A DNA stretch of 55,019 bases from Nitrosopumilus sp. (GTDB lineage: Archaea > Thermoproteota > Nitrososphaeria > Nitrososphaerales > Nitrosopumilaceae). This document shows positions 52,303 to 55,019 of this stretch, one piece after another. The position numbers and the translations under genes were made by a program. The notes beneath the pieces were generated by a model, which was given only the letters and a program-made list of their open reading frames with translations, was not told the origin of the DNA and ran no database searches. The stretch covers positions 1 through 55,019 of the forward strand of contig CBDBGZ010000002.1 of assembly GCA_965205425.1 (NCBI GenBank), written 5' to 3'. Position 1 is the stretch's first letter. Each line of letters opens with the position of its first letter.

Positions 52303-53261
52303 TAGTTTAGGCATATAAATTCTGAATAAACTGTCAAGTATTTTAACCCAAAAGATCTAGATCGTAGAATCAATTCATGAAACCATGTCAAAGAGTACAA
52401 GACAATCCAAGGTTTCCTCTGGGAATCAATTCATGAAAGGTACAAGCATTAATTTTTTGAGAAAAGCATGTAAAAATGAACGTAATGCAAAAGCAAAGAT
52501 AAGACTAAAGGCTGCAATTTTACGCAAACAAGACATGAGATATTCTCAAATATGCATCAGTCTTGATATCATACCATCAACTCTTAGTAATTGGTTAAAC
52601 CAAATGAACCGAGAGGGAATATCTGCATCACGCCGCAAGGAATATTCTGGCTCTAGATGTTTCTTAAATAAAAAACAACTAGTGTCATTAAGAGATGATC
52701 TGATTTCAGGTCCAGAAAAGTTTGGATTTAACCAATTCATGTGGAGTACAAGAATGGTAATTACACATGTGAATAAAAAATACAACACACTATACTCTGC
52801 AAGAGGAATGCGTGAATTGCTGCACAGAATTGGATTCTCATCTAAAAAACCACGTCCCACACATCATAAATCAGCCTTAAAAGAGGAACAAACCCGTTTT
52901 AAAAAAACGCAAAAAGGAGTATCAAAAAATATTCCAAATTGGGATACACCACACTATGTCTGGATGAGTCAACAAACAAGATAGCTCCAAATATCAAAAA
53001 AGGCTGGTATCTAAAAGGAAAAAATACACAAACCAAAATCAACTATACTCGAGAAAAGTTTCAATCATTTGGCGCATTGGGCAATAACGATGTATTTTTT
53101 TGCAGGTTCTATGATAAATCAAACACAGACTCATTTCTTGATTTTTTAGAATTACTGCAAAAACAATTTGGCAAGAAACTGTTATTATTTGCAGACAATG
53201 CATCATACCACAAAAGTGTTAGAGTAAAAGAATTTCTCAAAGCACCAAAAAATAAAGGTAA
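52303..53261 (+). mobile_element. IS630-family element (two ORFs, -1 frameshift), interrupted by IS110; 3' part lost
   Basis: TA|TAG left end; ORF A 52385-52984 (HTH; KKPRP); slippery TTTTAAAAAAAC at 52897-52908; ORF B with LDE and DNASYH; the PELNPIE-type third catalytic motif is absent. Confidence 0.88.
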
Positions 53262-53375
53262 CCATATGTGAATAAACAACGAAATTTAGATGGTACTGCT
53301 GATTCTATAGTTTCTAAAAGATACACCTCCAAGAAAAAACCAAAGAAAATCATTAGGACTAGAAAGACAAAACCC

Positions 53376-54377
53376 ATGACCTATGTCGGAATTGATTTGC
53401 ACAAAGAATTCTTACAGGTCGAAACAATGGATGATAAAGGACATACATTATTCAATGAAAAAATTACAAACACCAGAGGGGATATCAAAAAAGCATTTTC
53501 TGCAATCCCAAAAAACTCAAAATGTGTAATGGAATCATCATCTGTCTGGTATGGCGTGTTTAGGTTTCTGCGAGACGAACTAGGATTTGATGTAATACTA
53601 TCAAACCCATATCACACAAAAGCAATTGCAGCATCAAAGAAAAAAACTGACAAGATTGATGCTCACATCTTGGCAGATTTGCTAAGAGGAGGATACATCT
53701 CATCTTGTCATGTACCAGAAAAAGATACCGTGCAAACAAGACAACTGGTGAGATATAGAACCAAACTAGTCCGCAACAGGACAAGGATGAAAAATTTGAT
53801 TCACAGTATAACCTTACAAAATGCAATCAAGATACCAGGAACTGCATTTTCTGATTCATATGTGCACAAACTGTTGGGATTAGATGACTATCGAATAGAT
53901 GGATATCTCAAGATGATAATATCAATCAATGATAGAATCGCAGAGTCAGACATGAGAATCAAGGATGCTCTAAAACATGATTCTAACGCACAACTCTTAG
54001 AATCAATACCTGGTGTTGGAAGATTTACTGCATTAACCATATCCTCTGAAATTGACAATATCGAAAGATTTTCAGATTCTCACAAACTGTGTTCATATGC
54101 AGGAATTGTACCATCGGTGAGAAACTCAGCTGACACCATACGCCATGGGTCCATAACAAGAAGAGGAAGTAGCATGTTACGCTGGGTTCTGGTGGAGGCA
54201 GTACATTCTCATGTAAGATATGCAAAAAACAGCACCATTACAAATTTTTACAAACGTCTTGCAAAAAAGAGGGGGACATCAAAAGCTGCAGTGGCAGCAG
54301 CATCCAAACTGTTGAGAATAATTTACTGGATGTTAAAAAACAACATGACATTTTACCAGTGCATCAAAAATGCATAA
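53376..54377 (+). CDS. IS110 DEDD recombinase (frame open from 53268; ATG 53376 precedes the RuvC domain)
   Basis: YVGIDLHK, MES, KTDKIDA, SIPGVG and YAGIVPSVRNSA motifs. Confidence 0.96.
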   Translation: MTYVGIDLHKEFLQVETMDDKGHTLFNEKITNTRGDIKKAFSAIPKNSKCVMESSSVWYGVFRFLRDELGFDVILSNPYHTKAIAASKKKTDKIDAHILADLLRGGYISSCHVPEKDTVQTRQLVRYRTKLVRNRTRMKNLIHSITLQNAIKIPGTAFSDSYVHKLLGLDDYRIDGYLKMIISINDRIAESDMRIKDALKHDSNAQLLESIPGVGRFTALTISSEIDNIERFSDSHKLCSYAGIVPSVRNSADTIRHGSITRRGSSMLRWVLVEAVHSHVRYAKNSTITNFYKRLAKKRGTSKAAVAAASKLLRIIYWMLKNNMTFYQCIKNA

Positions 54378-54520
54378 TGAAACATTATGATCAGAACTAT
54401 AATCCTCGTTAAACACATTGAGGGAGATCCTCGTTTTGTAACTGCGGCATGGTTCTGATAAATGGATGAAGAATGGTACTGAGGGAGATCCTCGAATAGA
54501 TATGTGTCCGGTTTCATCTT
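54373..54520 (+). ncRNA. Predicted bridge/seek-like RNA of the IS110 element
   Basis: 5' hairpin plus two internal-loop domains, each with TGAGGGAGATCCTCG; loop segments match the element junctions. Confidence 0.75.
54419..54494 (+). repeat. 15-bp direct repeat TGAGGGAGATCCTCG (54419-54433, 54480-54494)
   Basis: Exact copies; each forms a GAGG-GAGAT-CCTC hairpin. Confidence 0.95.
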
Positions 54521-54916
54521 TTGAAAATGAATGGGATCATCTCTAGCGGTAGCCATTCTCATGTGTTGCAAAAGAGTGCAAATGTTTTTAAAGATTTCAC
54601 ATAGATATGTGTTTAGGTCACGCCTAGATTAAACCGAATAATTTAGATCAGAGAAGAATTTTCAAGAAATAATGGACTCTAAACCGTGCAAAAACTGTGA
54701 TGATTTGGCAAGAAAAAACATCGAATTGGAAATCAAAATCATGGAATCTTTAACCTAGCCCCAAACAATGAGGGACAATCTGAGATATTTGCATCGTTTA
54801 ACTTTTAATTCTAGATTTTTAGAGCATTTTCAAAAATAAAAAAAGGCTAGTTCAAAGGCGAACTAACTCGACTGCCAATCACACTTTATTGTATTGTTTT
54901 CTAATTAAACTTTATG

Positions 54917-54987
54917 TGGACTGGCTGGGAATCGAACCCAGACCTCTCAATTGACAGTCGAGAACTCGACCTTCAAGCTACCAGCCC
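54917..54987 (-). tRNA. Atypical tRNA: GUC (Asp) anticodon on a tRNA-Ala-type acceptor stem
   Basis: GGGCTGG TA GCTT GAAGGTC GAGT T CTCGA CTGTCAA TTGAG AGGT CTGGG TTCGATT CCCAG CCAGTCC A; G3·U70 and A73. Confidence 0.85.
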
Positions 54988-55019
54988 ACAAAACATATTA
55001 AAAAATACAAAGTAATAAT

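Larger units (their letters stand above)
53262..54607 (+). mobile_element. IS110-family element of IS1111 architecture
   Basis: Sub-terminal IRs TATGTGAA (53265-53272) / TTCACATA (54596-54603); long 3' non-coding end; junctions GTA-A-CCAT and ATAGAT-A-TGTG. Confidence 0.85.

Noticed and set aside
54419..54494. Two 15-bp repeats as a mini-CRISPR array
   Set aside because: There are only two short units, no cas genes, and the repeats are explained by the IS110 RNA architecture.
54353..54571. 72-aa minus-strand ORF
   Set aside because: It is antisense to the structured IS110 end and has no recognisable motif.
54616..54632. Degenerate right TIR of the IS630 (GCCTAGATTA)
   Set aside because: It matches the left end at only about 8 of 10 positions, too weak to call.
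54672..54758. 28-aa ORF with CxxC
   Set aside because: Too short to support without conservation data.

Overview
This is an AT-rich archaeal chromosome segment. Gene content (aRF1, purP, gatCAB-aspS, a PEFG-CTERM remnant, the WIKxNAGWW surface motif, cbtAB) points to an ammonia-oxidising Nitrosopumilaceae thaumarchaeon; this is an inference. Housekeeping blocks include purK/purE/ilvA, acs-gatBAC-aspS, purP, phnDCE, cbtBA, aRF1, ilvD and trpEGDCBA. Between them lie many mobile elements: two IS5-type, one ISH3, one IS481, one IS630, one IS110/IS1111 and three MITEs, with associated pseudogenes. There are also several Cys-rich microproteins missing from the ORF track. Two signals at the right end stand out. 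(1) An archaeal IS110/IS1111-type recombinase has a 3' non-coding end that folds into a two-loop bridge/seek-like RNA, and its loop segments match the element's own reconstructed donor and target junctions. (2) A tRNA gene has a complete alanine acceptor identity (G1-C72, G2-C71, G3·U70, A73) but an Asp (GUC) anticodon. All coordinates and pairings were read by hand, and product names come from motif recognition, not database searches.
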